In this document: in pieces, positions 18,977 through 29,735 of the stretch
Position numbering within the stretch: position 1 is the first letter of the stretch
Layout: every line of letters begins with the position of its first letter
IMG/VR virus record: IMGVR_UViG_3300030101_001550
From: an uncultured virus (IMG/VR IMGVR_UViG_3300030101_001550)
Taxonomy: Duplodnaviria > Heunggongvirae > Uroviricota > Caudoviricetes
Reading direction: 5' to 3' (one strand)
Length of the DNA: 64,000 nt
Made by a program: the position numbers and the translations under genes
The notes under the pieces: model-generated
The model's database searches: none
What the model saw: only the letters and a program-made list of their open reading frames with translations
Told to the model about the DNA's origin: nothing

Positions 18977-20307
18977 TGGCATATATGCATAGATCAGTTT
19001 CAGGTACAGTTACCACTTTCACAATATCTATGTGGACAAAGTTATGCGGTCTTAATTATATCGATTCTTTATGGGGATCGGGTAGTGGTTATGGTTTATT
19101 TATTAACTCCACTCGTCCTATAAAAATGCAGGGTGGAAGTCCTGTTACAAGTACAAGATTGTTTAGAGATACAAATGGTTGGTATCACGTTGTATATAAA
19201 TGCAGTGGTGGTAGTGCTACAACATATATAAACGGAGATTCAGTAATATCACACACAGGTGTTTCTATAAGCTCAGACATTTCATTAGGTGCTTTAAATA
19301 GTTCTGGCGGCGACTCAACTAAATCTTCAATATTTTTTGCAGATGTAATTTTTGTTGATGGCACTGCTCTCGACCCAACTTCTTTCGCAGAAACTGATTC
19401 ATCTACTGGTGAATGGAAACCTAAGTCATATTCAGGCTCATATGGAACAAATGGTTTTAAACTTGAATTTAAAAATTCAGGTGCATTAGGTACAGACACT
19501 AGCGGTAATAGTAATAACTTAACAGTTTCTGGTAGCAATAGTCAAATGGTTACTTCTCCAACAAATACATTTGCAACGATAGATAGAATAAACGGTAATC
19601 CTACTTTAAATGGTAGTGGTAATCCTGTTGATGGTTTAAGATATGGTAATTTAGAAGTAAATGCTAACGCAGGATCAGTTGGTAACGATAACTATATGTG
19701 GAGTCCTTCTAATATGATGGTTACAAAAGGTAAATGGTATGCTGAATTTAAACTTACAGGTGCTTTTTCAACCACAGGTGATGCAGCTCATTTAGTTGGT
19801 GTTGGCAGTGGAAGCTATCCGTATTCAGCAGCAAATAGAAGCACTGCAGTTGGAGGATTTACAACGTATTGGATAGATCATCCTGATGATCGTATAATTG
19901 TTGATGGTAACGTTTCAAACACATCTGTAACAGGTGGTAGTAAGTTTGTGCAAAATGATATTCTAGGTGTTTATTTAAATTGTGATACAACAATTCCACA
20001 AGTTACATTTACAAAAAATGGAGCAGCTTTATCTGGTGCATCTAATTCACCTTATAATGTAAGAAGAACTGGTGTCTATAACTATGACGATAATCTTCCT
20101 ATAGCTTTTTTCACAGTTATTAAATATGGAACTACTTCTGGAACTGGTTGGGGAAAAATACAAGCTAATTTTGGTGAACCATTATATACTGTTAGTTCAT
20201 CAAATGCAGACGCAAATGGTCATGGAAGTTTTGAATATAGTCCACAATTAGGTGGAGTAAATTATTATGCGCTTTGCACAAAAAATATAAACGAGTTTGG
20301 AGGATAG
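18976..20307 (+). CDS. Tail fibre module 2B: ConA/SPRY-like protein
   Basis: Paralog of 1B and 3B. Confidence 0.75.
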   Translation: MAYMHRSVSGTVTTFTISMWTKLCGLNYIDSLWGSGSGYGLFINSTRPIKMQGGSPVTSTRLFRDTNGWYHVVYKCSGGSATTYINGDSVISHTGVSISSDISLGALNSSGGDSTKSSIFFADVIFVDGTALDPTSFAETDSSTGEWKPKSYSGSYGTNGFKLEFKNSGALGTDTSGNSNNLTVSGSNSQMVTSPTNTFATIDRINGNPTLNGSGNPVDGLRYGNLEVNANAGSVGNDNYMWSPSNMMVTKGKWYAEFKLTGAFSTTGDAAHLVGVGSGSYPYSAANRSTAVGGFTTYWIDHPDDRIIVDGNVSNTSVTGGSKFVQNDILGVYLNCDTTIPQVTFTKNGAALSGASNSPYNVRRTGVYNYDDNLPIAFFTVIKYGTTSGTGWGKIQANFGEPLYTVSSSNADANGHGSFEYSPQLGGVNYYALCTKNINEFGG

Positions 20308-20308
20308 A

Positions 20309-21766
20309 ATGGCTTACACAACAATAAACGATTCATCAGCACATTTACAAACAGCTTTATACACAGGTAATGGTAGTTCAAATGCAATTACAAATGATGG
20401 TAATTCTAATTTAAGACCAGATTGGTTATGGACAAAAAATAGAAGCGGTACAGCAAATCATAAAATTTTTGATTCTGCAAGAGGTGTAACAAAATTTATA
20501 GAATCAGATACAAGTGATGCTGAGGGAACACAAGCAAATCTTTTATCAAGTCTTGATTCTGACGGTTTTACATTAGGATCAGGCGGTGAAACAAATTCTG
20601 GTAGCACAAACTATGTAGCTTGGCAATGGGCCGCTGGTGGAACAGCACCTACTAAAACATACAGAGTTGTAGTTGTATCCGATAGTGGTAATAAATATAG
20701 ATGGAGAAATTCAGGTAATACCGCAACTTTTGCTCAAAGTGCTGTAACTTTAGACTTACAAGAGGGCGGCACATATACGATTGATGGATCTGACTCTACA
20801 ATGGCTTCTCATCCAATAAAGCTATCAACAACAGCTAATGGAACGCATGGAGGAGGATCTTCATATAATACTGGTGTAGTTTATAAATTAGACGGATCAA
20901 CTGTTACTGAATCAGCATATGTATCAGGTTATGCCACTGCAACAACAAGACAACTAGTAATTACGGTGGCTGCTTCTGCACCTACTCTTTATTATTACTG
21001 TCATTATCACAGTGGTATGGGTGGACAAATAAATACAAATACTCTTTTTGGCTCTACAAATTTTGACGGATCAGTTTTATCAGTAGTATCTGTTAATTCA
21101 ACAGCAGGTTTTAGTATTGTTAGATGGACAGGTACAGGAAGTGCTATAACAATAGGACATGGATTAAGTTCAGCGCCACAATGGATAACTGCTAAAAATC
21201 TTAATAACACTGGAGGAGCGGCTAGTTGGCCTGTATATCATCGGTCAATGGGATCAACTGGCGCTGAATATTATATGAAATTAGATACAGATGTAGCAAG
21301 AATAGATTCTTCTGGTTTGTGGAATGACACAGAACCTACATCCACTGTATTTACAGCAAATACAAGTCATCAAATTAACGCTAGTGGTGGTTCATTTATT
21401 GCGTATTGTTTTACAGAAGTACAAGGTTACAGTAAATTTAGTGGTTACACAGGTAGTGGCACCGCAGATGGAACTTTTGTTTACACAGGATTTAAACCTT
21501 CTTGGCTTTTAATTAAAAGAAAAACTGGAGTAAATCATTGGCATATATTTGATGATAAAAGAGACCCGAGCAATGTTATCTCTAAACAAATATTAGCAGA
21601 TTTAGACAATGCAGAAGGAAGTAATACTTGGCTTGATATTACAGCAACTGGTTTTAAACTTAGAACAACTTTAGTTGGAGTAAATGGAGCTGAAGATTAT
21701 GTCTATATGGCTTTTGGTAGAAGTCCACTTGTAGCAACTAACGATGTAGTATCAACGGCGAGATAA
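20309..21766 (+). CDS. Tail fibre module 2C with cupredoxin-like insertion
   Basis: Starts MAYTTIND (ATG 20309 after GGAGG); insertion carrying HP...YYYCHYHSGMGG. Confidence 0.75.
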   Translation: MAYTTINDSSAHLQTALYTGNGSSNAITNDGNSNLRPDWLWTKNRSGTANHKIFDSARGVTKFIESDTSDAEGTQANLLSSLDSDGFTLGSGGETNSGSTNYVAWQWAAGGTAPTKTYRVVVVSDSGNKYRWRNSGNTATFAQSAVTLDLQEGGTYTIDGSDSTMASHPIKLSTTANGTHGGGSSYNTGVVYKLDGSTVTESAYVSGYATATTRQLVITVAASAPTLYYYCHYHSGMGGQINTNTLFGSTNFDGSVLSVVSVNSTAGFSIVRWTGTGSAITIGHGLSSAPQWITAKNLNNTGGAASWPVYHRSMGSTGAEYYMKLDTDVARIDSSGLWNDTEPTSTVFTANTSHQINASGGSFIAYCFTEVQGYSKFSGYTGSGTADGTFVYTGFKPSWLLIKRKTGVNHWHIFDDKRDPSNVISKQILADLDNAEGSNTWLDITATGFKLRTTLVGVNGAEDYVYMAFGRSPLVATNDVVSTAR

Positions 21767-22608
21767 TGTCAGAGATTAAAGTAAATGCTATAAAAAAACG
21801 TAACGGTAGTACGATCACTATTGGTGAATCGGGTGACACTGTTACGATAACAGGTGGCGCAGCTTTATCTGGCTCTGGCGCATCTCTTACAGCTTTAAAT
21901 GGCAGTAATGTTGCGTCAGGAACTGTAGCGAATGCTCGTCTAGTAGGTAGCGGTGCAATAACAATAAATGGATCGGCAGTATCTCTTGGTGGCTCTGTTA
22001 CTGTAGGAGAAACGAAACCAACAGTTACTGGTGTTACGCCAAGCACGATAGATAATACAGCACAAAATGTTACGATAGCTGGTACTAACTTTGTATCTGT
22101 ACCGCAAGTAGAAGCTATTTCTACGACAGGTGCAATTACAGTAGCGAATAGTGTTAGTTTTACTAGTGCTACATCTATTATAGCTAATTTTACTTTAACG
22201 ACAGATGGCACGTATTTTATTCGTGTAGAGAATAATGACGGTAATGCTGCAAGGTCAAGTTCTGCAATATTAACAGTATCAGACGCTCCAACATGGACTA
22301 CAGGAGCTGGCTCTCTTGGAACTATCGCAGGTGGATTTTCAGGTACAGTTGCAACAGTAGCAGCTACTGGAGACAGCACATTAGCTTTTTCAGAAACAAC
22401 AAGTGTTTTAACAAACGCAAGTCAAGCAAATTGCTCGCTAAATTCAGCTACAGGTGTTATAACTACTACTGATTTTGGTGGATCGTCAACGTCTGCTACG
22501 ACATATAATTTTACACTTCGTGTTACTGATGCAGAAGGTCAGACAGCAGATCGAGCTTTTTCGTTGACATCAAGCTTTCAAATAGAAAACTCAGGAGGGT
22601 TTAACTAA
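21766..22608 (+). CDS. Tail fibre module 3A: Ig-like/IPT adaptor
   Basis: Paralog of 1A and 2A. Confidence 0.75.
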   Translation: MSEIKVNAIKKRNGSTITIGESGDTVTITGGAALSGSGASLTALNGSNVASGTVANARLVGSGAITINGSAVSLGGSVTVGETKPTVTGVTPSTIDNTAQNVTIAGTNFVSVPQVEAISTTGAITVANSVSFTSATSIIANFTLTTDGTYFIRVENNDGNAARSSSAILTVSDAPTWTTGAGSLGTIAGGFSGTVATVAATGDSTLAFSETTSVLTNASQANCSLNSATGVITTTDFGGSSTSATTYNFTLRVTDAEGQTADRAFSLTSSFQIENSGGFN

Positions 22609-23942
22609 TGTATTTATTTGCAGATAGATTTGGAACACCGACAAATGCTAAAAAATATACTTTAGCTACATGGTTTAAAATTGCCAAAGAAACAAATAAT
22701 AATATTTTAAATTACAGCTATGGTAATGGTAACAGAGGTTTAATCATACAAGTAAGAAATAATGATCAAACTTTGAGAGTAAATGATTTTACAGCAGGAG
22801 TAACTGACCACTATGATGTTAGAACAAACAGAGTGTTCAGAGATTACGGTGCGTGGTATCACCTTGTCGTAGCATATGATAGTACACAAGGCACTGCTGC
22901 AGACAGGGTAAAAATTTATATTAATGGTGTGCAAGAAACAAGTTTTGCAGCATCCTCATATCCTAGTCAAGATTTAGATAGTTTTATAGCTACAACACCA
23001 AACAATAACAAAGGTTTTAATATTGGAGCTTACTATAATAGCTCTGGTAACATTGATGCTGGTAATTATTTTACTGGTAATTTTGCTCAATATATTTTCG
23101 CAGACGGCACAGCTTACGCTGCAAGCACTTTTGGTTCAACAGATGCAAATGGTGTGTGGGTACCAAACACATCTCCGTCAGTCACATACGGTACAAATGG
23201 ATTTAAATTGGAATTTAAACACACAGGATCAAGTGCTGCTGCAAGCAATTTTGGATCTGATACTTCTGGTAATAACAATCATTTTGCAGTAAATAATATT
23301 ATAACAGGAGCTAAACAAACAGATACTCCACATAATTCTTTTGCAAAATTACAAGAAACAAATGCTTACGCTTCTCCAGTAATAGGAAAAAATGGCTTAG
23401 AGTTTGATTCTAATTCTTCTGGTGGATCAGCTTTACCATCTACAATGGCTGTTAGTTCTGGTAAATGGTACGCAGAATTTAAAGTCACTGCTGGAGGAAC
23501 TATGGCTATGGGAGTTTCTGATATTGGAGCAGAATCTTTTAGAACAGGATCAACAGCCAATAACGCAATAAATTATGTATATGGTGGTCAAATTATGAGA
23601 AATGGTAGTAACGTTCAAACTAGTTTGGCTACGTTTACAACTAACGATATTATTGGAATAGCCTTAAATATGGATACAACATCAGGTAATGTAGCATTTA
23701 CAAAGAATGGTGTTGCTGTAGGATCTGCTCAAGATTTTACAAGCAAACCAAATTTTGCAGGTTTCTATATACAGACCCATACAAGTGGTGGTAGTCAAAA
23801 GGGTGAGTTTAATTTTGGTCAGCCAGTGTTTACCATCGCTTCGGGTAACGCAGATGCAAACGGCTACGGTAATTTCGAATACGCTGTACCTTCAGGGTAT
23901 TATGCATTATGTACAAAGAACTTAGGACAATACGGAGGGTAA
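22608..23942 (+). CDS. Tail fibre module 3B: ConA/SPRY-like protein
   Basis: Paralog of 1B and 2B. Confidence 0.75.
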   Translation: MYLFADRFGTPTNAKKYTLATWFKIAKETNNNILNYSYGNGNRGLIIQVRNNDQTLRVNDFTAGVTDHYDVRTNRVFRDYGAWYHLVVAYDSTQGTAADRVKIYINGVQETSFAASSYPSQDLDSFIATTPNNNKGFNIGAYYNSSGNIDAGNYFTGNFAQYIFADGTAYAASTFGSTDANGVWVPNTSPSVTYGTNGFKLEFKHTGSSAAASNFGSDTSGNNNHFAVNNIITGAKQTDTPHNSFAKLQETNAYASPVIGKNGLEFDSNSSGGSALPSTMAVSSGKWYAEFKVTAGGTMAMGVSDIGAESFRTGSTANNAINYVYGGQIMRNGSNVQTSLATFTTNDIIGIALNMDTTSGNVAFTKNGVAVGSAQDFTSKPNFAGFYIQTHTSGGSQKGEFNFGQPVFTIASGNADANGYGNFEYAVPSGYYALCTKNLGQYGG

Positions 23943-23943
23943 C

Positions 23944-24999
23944 ATGGCAGTATACACATCAATAAACGATCCTTCGGCATTTTTTCAAGTAGCTTTATGG
24001 ACTGGTAATAGTAGTTCAACACAAGCAATTACAAATGATGGTACTTCTAATTTACAGCCAGATTTTGTTTGGTTAAAAAGAAGAAGCGATGCTGAAAATC
24101 ATACTTTAGCTGATACATCCAGAGGAATTACTAAAAGAATGGTTTCTAACAGTGATGCAGCAGAAAATACTGCAGATGGCGTAGTTAGTGTTCAAAGTGA
24201 TGGATTTACAGTTGGTGGTGGTTACAATGGAAATACAAACGGTGCAACTTATGTAGGGTGGCAATGGAAAGCTAATGGTGGAACCACTGCTTCAAACACA
24301 ACTGGAAGCACTAATGTAACCACACAAGTTAATTCTACCGCTGGATTTTCTATAATTACAGGAAATGGTTCAAGCTCAGCTGGTCAAACTTTTGGTCACG
24401 GATTAAGTCAAGCACCAGAATTTTTTACGTTTAGAATGAAAGATGAAACAGCACATTGGATTTGTTATCATAAAGATATGGGTCCAGGTCATTATTTAAG
24501 ATTAGATCAAAACGTTACAAAAGTAAGTAATACTAATATTTTTTCTAACACCGATCCATCATCAACTTTAATTTATTATGGTGGCAACTCAATGTTTACT
24601 AGTAACGCTCCTTTTATTTGTTATGCTTTTCATTCTGTTCAAGGATACAGTAAATTTGGTACTTATACAGGTAATGGTAGTTCGGACGGGCCGTTTATCT
24701 ACACAGGATTTAAACCTGCCTATGTAGTAACCAAAACTATTGATACCACAGCTAATCAGTGGGCTATAAAAGATCACAGAAGAAATCCTCATAATGAAAG
24801 AACTCTATCTTTGTATGCAAATTTAAATAATGCTGATGATACAGGCGGTGGTAATATTGCTTTAGATTTTCTTTCAAATGGATTTAAATGTAGAAAAACA
24901 GATAGTCAAATAAATGAAAATGGCACTGCATATATTTATTTAGCATTTGCAGAATCACCTTTTGTTTCGTCAACAGGCGTACCAACAGTAGCGGAATAA
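23944..24999 (+). CDS. Tail fibre module 3C
   Basis: Paralog of 1C and 2C. Confidence 0.75.
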   Translation: MAVYTSINDPSAFFQVALWTGNSSSTQAITNDGTSNLQPDFVWLKRRSDAENHTLADTSRGITKRMVSNSDAAENTADGVVSVQSDGFTVGGGYNGNTNGATYVGWQWKANGGTTASNTTGSTNVTTQVNSTAGFSIITGNGSSSAGQTFGHGLSQAPEFFTFRMKDETAHWICYHKDMGPGHYLRLDQNVTKVSNTNIFSNTDPSSTLIYYGGNSMFTSNAPFICYAFHSVQGYSKFGTYTGNGSSDGPFIYTGFKPAYVVTKTIDTTANQWAIKDHRRNPHNERTLSLYANLNNADDTGGGNIALDFLSNGFKCRKTDSQINENGTAYIYLAFAESPFVSSTGVPTVAE

Positions 25000-25356
25000 A
25001 TGAAGATTTCAGAAAACACTGCAATATCAATGCCTATGCGAAACTTGCTTTCAATATTAGGAGCAACTGCTGTTGGAGTGTGGGCGTATTTTGGAGTTAT
25101 AGAAAGATTAAATAACATAGAAACTAGAGCAACTTTATTTGAAGCTGACTTATTAAAAGCTGCAGATCAAAAACCTATTGATCAAGAACAATATATGTTG
25201 TTAGAATTTACAGCTTCTCAATTAGAGAAAGTAACAACTGAAATGGAATCTATGATGAATAATCGTGTAAATATAGATTTTCTTAGAAAACAAGTAGATA
25301 AGTTACAAAAAGATGTAGAGCAACTAAAAGATAAGGTAAGACAGAATGGTGGTTGA
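25000..25356 (+). CDS. Membrane-anchored coiled-coil protein
   Basis: N-terminal hydrophobic helix followed by heptads. Confidence 0.65.
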   Translation: MKISENTAISMPMRNLLSILGATAVGVWAYFGVIERLNNIETRATLFEADLLKAADQKPIDQEQYMLLEFTASQLEKVTTEMESMMNNRVNIDFLRKQVDKLQKDVEQLKDKVRQNGG

Positions 25357-25576
25357 AACAGTATTCGCTATGATGATGATAGTAAATGGATCAATGGATG
25401 GATTCATGAAAACAGAGGGTTTATCTCACTGTCTTAAAGTTAAGAGAGAAAGTGAACGCAATTTAGCAGATAATAGAACGAATGTTATTCGTTATGAGTG
25501 TGGTTTAGTTAAAGCAGAACTAGAGCCAGATTCAGAAGGCGTTCTTAAAATAAAAAAGATACTTGAGAAAAAATAA
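25346..25576 (+). CDS. Hypothetical protein
   Basis: Coupled ORF with two Cys. Confidence 0.6.
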   Translation: MVVETVFAMMMIVNGSMDGFMKTEGLSHCLKVKRESERNLADNRTNVIRYECGLVKAELEPDSEGVLKIKKILEKK

Positions 25577-26349
25577 TGCTGTTCGGCTCTACAGCATTTG
25601 CAGAAGCTCCGTTTTCATCAACATCTTCGACTAATGTAACCTTGGCAGTATCAGGGCAAGAAATGTCCATGTTTACTCCAGGAACAGTAATTCCTAAAGG
25701 CTCTATGGTTTTAACTGCTGGAGGGCAGGAAATGTCTATGTTTACTCCAGGCACAGTAATCCCTAAAGGAGCGTCTATTTTAACCGCTGGAGGGCAAGAA
25801 TTAACGCCAACGCCTGGTAATATCAGCGCAAATACCGAACAAAAAATAGTGGCGTCTGGACAAGAAATGTCTATGTTTACTCCAGGGACAGTCGTTCTTA
25901 AAACTGGAGTAAGCGTTTCTGTAAGTGGAGAACAATTAACAGTTACTGAGGGAGACGTTGGTTTTGGATTAGGTGTTTTAGTTAATGCTACAGGTCAACA
26001 ACTACAAGCGGTAGTAGATGACGTAATAAATAAAACTGGAGTTAAAGTAATTCCAACAGGAATACCTGCTTCAATCGTTGTAAATGACGTAACTTTAAAA
26101 ACTAGCATTATTACAGTGGCTTCTGGAATAGATTTAAATGTTCTTGGCGGCTCAATTAGTTCAGTAAATACTGATCAAATACTGTCAATTTCTGGAAATT
26201 CTGTTAATATAAGAGGAGGTTCAGTTATTTTTTGGGATCCAGTAATTCCTGGTGCAACAAATAGCTGGAGCAACGTAAACGCTGCAACAGGCAGAACATG
26301 GACTAATGTAAATGCAACAACAAATACAACATGGACTAAACAAAACTAA
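25576..26349 (+). CDS. Virion protein with internal GQEMSMFTPGTV repeats
   Basis: MLFGSTAFAEAPFS start; three near-identical repeats; Trp-rich C-terminus. Confidence 0.7.
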   Translation: MLFGSTAFAEAPFSSTSSTNVTLAVSGQEMSMFTPGTVIPKGSMVLTAGGQEMSMFTPGTVIPKGASILTAGGQELTPTPGNISANTEQKIVASGQEMSMFTPGTVVLKTGVSVSVSGEQLTVTEGDVGFGLGVLVNATGQQLQAVVDDVINKTGVKVIPTGIPASIVVNDVTLKTSIITVASGIDLNVLGGSISSVNTDQILSISGNSVNIRGGSVIFWDPVIPGATNSWSNVNAATGRTWTNVNATTNTTWTKQN

Positions 26350-26358
26350 GGAGGTATA

Positions 26359-27342
26359 ATGGCGTCAACATATTCATCAAGACTAAAGTTAGAACTCATG
26401 GAAGCTGGTGCTAATACAGGTACATGGGGTAATAACACAAACGAAAACTTACAAGTAATCGATGCGAGTATCGGTGGCTATTTAAGTAAATCAGTAGCAG
26501 GAAGTGCTAACGTTACTTTAACAACTGCTAATAGAGATGCTGATGTAGAAACTACTAATGAGGCTGGAAATAAAGTAATAGATTTAAATGGAACTTTATC
26601 TGGTAATATTTATGTATTTCTACCAGCAGTAGAAAAAGAATATACTTTATTTAATAATACAGCAGGCAATCATACATTACAAGTAGCACCAACAGGACAC
26701 GCTGCTAATAATGTTACTTTAACTAAAGGAGCGCATACAACAGTTTATGTGCAAAATGGTAATAAAGTTATAGATGAGTTTGCTGCAAATGTAGGAACAA
26801 CCACTACAACTTACATAGGAAATGGCGCTAACTTAACAGGAATACAACCTTTTGCACAAGGCACGAGAATGTTATTTCAACAAACAGCTGCGCCAACGGG
26901 ATGGACGAAAGATACTTCGCACAATAATAAAGCACTTCGTATTACTTCTGGCTCTGTAACTACTGGAGGAAGTGTCGCTTTTACTGACGCTTTTAAAAGT
27001 CAAACTGTAAGCATATCAGGAACAACTGGAGGTAGTACAGTTAGTATAACAGGTAGTGTTGCTTCTCATACTTTGACTGTAGACGAAATACCAGCTCACA
27101 ATCACTTAGAAGGTGGACACGTTGAGTTTGGTACAGGAAGTAGTCAATCAGCAGGAACTAGAAATACTGGTAACTCTGGTGGTGCAAGAAGATTTTTTAC
27201 AGCAGATACTGGTGGAGGTCAAGGTCATACACATGCTGCTGGCACATTAGCTGGTGCTTCTCATACACATTCTTTTTCTGATACTGATGCAGTCGATTTA
27301 GAAGTTCAGTATGTAGACGTAATCATTTGCGCTAAGGATTAA
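26359..27342 (+). CDS. Tail fibre/baseplate-like protein
   Basis: MASTYSSRLKLE, GTWG, QTAAPTGWTK, HTLTVDEIPAHNH, His-x-His motifs. Confidence 0.75.
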   Translation: MASTYSSRLKLELMEAGANTGTWGNNTNENLQVIDASIGGYLSKSVAGSANVTLTTANRDADVETTNEAGNKVIDLNGTLSGNIYVFLPAVEKEYTLFNNTAGNHTLQVAPTGHAANNVTLTKGAHTTVYVQNGNKVIDEFAANVGTTTTTYIGNGANLTGIQPFAQGTRMLFQQTAAPTGWTKDTSHNNKALRITSGSVTTGGSVAFTDAFKSQTVSISGTTGGSTVSITGSVASHTLTVDEIPAHNHLEGGHVEFGTGSSQSAGTRNTGNSGGARRFFTADTGGGQGHTHAAGTLAGASHTHSFSDTDAVDLEVQYVDVIICAKD

Positions 27343-27343
27343 T

Positions 27344-27631
27344 GTGAAGTTAGAGGTAAAAGACAATTGTCCTTTAAATAACTTTGAGCCTTGCAAAAAA
27401 TTTGATTGCGCTTGGTTTATACAAGTAAAAGGAACACATCCTCAAACCGGTCAAGACATAGATGAGTACGGCTGTTCTATGGCTATGCTTCCAATGTTAA
27501 TGATAGAAAATTCTAGACAGACTAATCAAGCTGGTGCTGCTATTGAAAGTTTTAGAAATGAAATGGTAAAAACTAATAAAGAATTAAACATACAAATTAT
27601 AGAAGCTAACAATAGGAAAAAATTAAAGTAA
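27344..27631 (+). CDS. Cys-containing hypothetical protein next to the tail fibre
   Basis: CPL...C...CAW, GC, AAIESFRNEMV motifs; GTG start. Confidence 0.65.
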   Translation: MKLEVKDNCPLNNFEPCKKFDCAWFIQVKGTHPQTGQDIDEYGCSMAMLPMLMIENSRQTNQAGAAIESFRNEMVKTNKELNIQIIEANNRKKLK

Positions 27632-29484
27632 TGGCATATACAAGCATACAATTTGTACCAGGAATAAATAAAGAAACTACAGAGTATGGTGCTGAAGGTC
27701 AATGGGTAGATTGCGATAAAGTTCGTTTTAGATATGGTTTACCACAAAAAATAGGTGGTTGGGAAAAAGCTTCTCCTCATGCTCTCATAGGAGTTTGTCG
27801 TGGATTATTTTCTTGGTTTGATTTAAATGGAATACGATACGCTGCAATAGGAACTAATAAAAAAGTTTACTTATTTAGTGGAGGTAACTATTACGATATT
27901 ACCCCTATAAGAACTACTAAATCATCTCAAACTAATTGTTTTACTTCTTCTAATGGTCAAGCTTTAATTACATGTACTGTTGTTAATCACGGTGCAGTAG
28001 CAGGAGAATTTGTTACAATAAGCGGTACTTCAAGTTTATCGAATACTAATTTTACTGCTTCTGATTTTAACCAAGAATTTGAAATAACTAGTGTAGTTGA
28101 TAACGACAACTTTAAAATTACAATGCCTAGTAACGAAACAGGAACTGGAATGTCTACAGTAGGAACTGCTACATTTGCATTTCAATTAGAAAATGAACCA
28201 GATAGTCAAACTTTTGGTTTTGGTTGGGGAACAAATACTTGGAATACCGCAGCATGGGGTACAGCTCGTTCTACATCTAACGTTACTCTTGACGCTGGTA
28301 TATGGAGTTTTGATAACGCAGGTGAAGATTTATTTGCATGGTTAAAAAACGGAGGATTATATAAATGGGATGTTACTTCTGGGTTTGGCTCTCCACTAGC
28401 TGCAGTAAGTGGTGCTCCTACTTCTTCAGTTACAGGTTTAATTTCTACTCCAGATAGACATGCTATATGTTTTGGAACAGAAATAACAATAGGAAATGCT
28501 TCAACACAAGATAAAATGTTTATTCGTTGGTCAGATCAAGAAAACTTTACAAGTTGGAATCCAACTACAACTAACACTGCTGGATCACAACGATTAGGAG
28601 AAGGTAGTAGAATAATATCAGCGTCATCAACTAGAGGTGAAATATTAGTATGGACAGATACAGCACTACATTCAATGCAATTTATTGGTCCACCGTTTAC
28701 TTTTGGTTTTAAATTACTCGGTACAGACTGCGGATTAGTTGCACTTAATGCAGCGGTCGTAGTAAACGATAAAGCGTACTGGATGACTGACGGTCGATTT
28801 ATGACTTACGCAGGTGCTATTTCAGAAATACCTTGTAGTGTAAAACAATATGTATTTGACGATATAAACAGAACACAATATTCACAAGTTTATGCAGGAG
28901 AGAATAATCAATTTAACGAAGTCATATGGTATTACTGTTCTCAAAGTTCTGGATTTATAGATAGATATGTTATTTACAATTACATAGAAAATGTTTGGTC
29001 TATTGGTAATTTAAATAGAACAGCATGGGTAGATAACGCAGTATTTCAAAACCCTATGGCTTTAGAATATTTACCAAACTCTACTGCAGCTACTCAAACT
29101 ACAGTTAATGGTGCTACTGCTGGTCGTTCTTTTTTATATGATCATGAAAAAGGTTCGTCAGATGATGGGGCTATTTTAGAATCTACATTAACTAGTGGAG
29201 ATGCTGACGTAGGCGATGGAGACGTGTTTACTTTTATACGAGGCGTAATACCTGATTTTAAAAATTTAGCAGGAACAGTAAAATTAAATATACAATCTAG
29301 AGATTTTCCAGCAGATTCACAACGTACAACAGGAGATTTATCTGTAACTACTTCTACTCGATTTGTAAATACACGAGCTAGAGGTAGACAAGTATCATTG
29401 AAAATAACTAATGATAGTTCAACTTCTGATAATTGGAGATTTGGAACTTTACGATTAGATACAAAAGCGGACGGTAGAAGATGA
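27631..29484 (+). CDS. Tail nozzle / packaged-DNA stabilisation protein
   Basis: 617 aa, beta-rich; KVRFRYG.P.KIGGW, IRWSDQE, NTAGSQRL, WR.G.LRLD..DGRR motifs. Confidence 0.75.
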   Translation: MAYTSIQFVPGINKETTEYGAEGQWVDCDKVRFRYGLPQKIGGWEKASPHALIGVCRGLFSWFDLNGIRYAAIGTNKKVYLFSGGNYYDITPIRTTKSSQTNCFTSSNGQALITCTVVNHGAVAGEFVTISGTSSLSNTNFTASDFNQEFEITSVVDNDNFKITMPSNETGTGMSTVGTATFAFQLENEPDSQTFGFGWGTNTWNTAAWGTARSTSNVTLDAGIWSFDNAGEDLFAWLKNGGLYKWDVTSGFGSPLAAVSGAPTSSVTGLISTPDRHAICFGTEITIGNASTQDKMFIRWSDQENFTSWNPTTTNTAGSQRLGEGSRIISASSTRGEILVWTDTALHSMQFIGPPFTFGFKLLGTDCGLVALNAAVVVNDKAYWMTDGRFMTYAGAISEIPCSVKQYVFDDINRTQYSQVYAGENNQFNEVIWYYCSQSSGFIDRYVIYNYIENVWSIGNLNRTAWVDNAVFQNPMALEYLPNSTAATQTTVNGATAGRSFLYDHEKGSSDDGAILESTLTSGDADVGDGDVFTFIRGVIPDFKNLAGTVKLNIQSRDFPADSQRTTGDLSVTTSTRFVNTRARGRQVSLKITNDSSTSDNWRFGTLRLDTKADGRR

Positions 29485-29735
29485 CATTTAAACCACCACC
29501 AAGTTTACCAATAGCAACGAAAGAAATTGATGTAAAAGAAACTCTTAACGTTACAACTAAAACGATAGAACAATATTTAACTGAAGTAAATCAGCCAGCA
29601 GCGAATGGTTATTCTACATCTAATATCGTAGATACTCGCACTTTAAATGGCTCTACAGCCAGTTTAGCTGACGTAACTAACGTATTAGGCACGTTAATAG
29701 AAAGACTTAAAGGAAAGGGATTATTAAGTGATTAA
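29481..29735 (+). CDS. Hypothetical protein
   Basis: Coupled ORF. Confidence 0.6.
   Translation: MTFKPPPSLPIATKEIDVKETLNVTTKTIEQYLTEVNQPAANGYSTSNIVDTRTLNGSTASLADVTNVLGTLIERLKGKGLLSD

Noticed and set aside
14845..24999. Diversity-generating retroelement acting on tail fibres
   Set aside because: No RT gene; the copies are whole divergent paralogs, not an adenine-specific TR/VR pair
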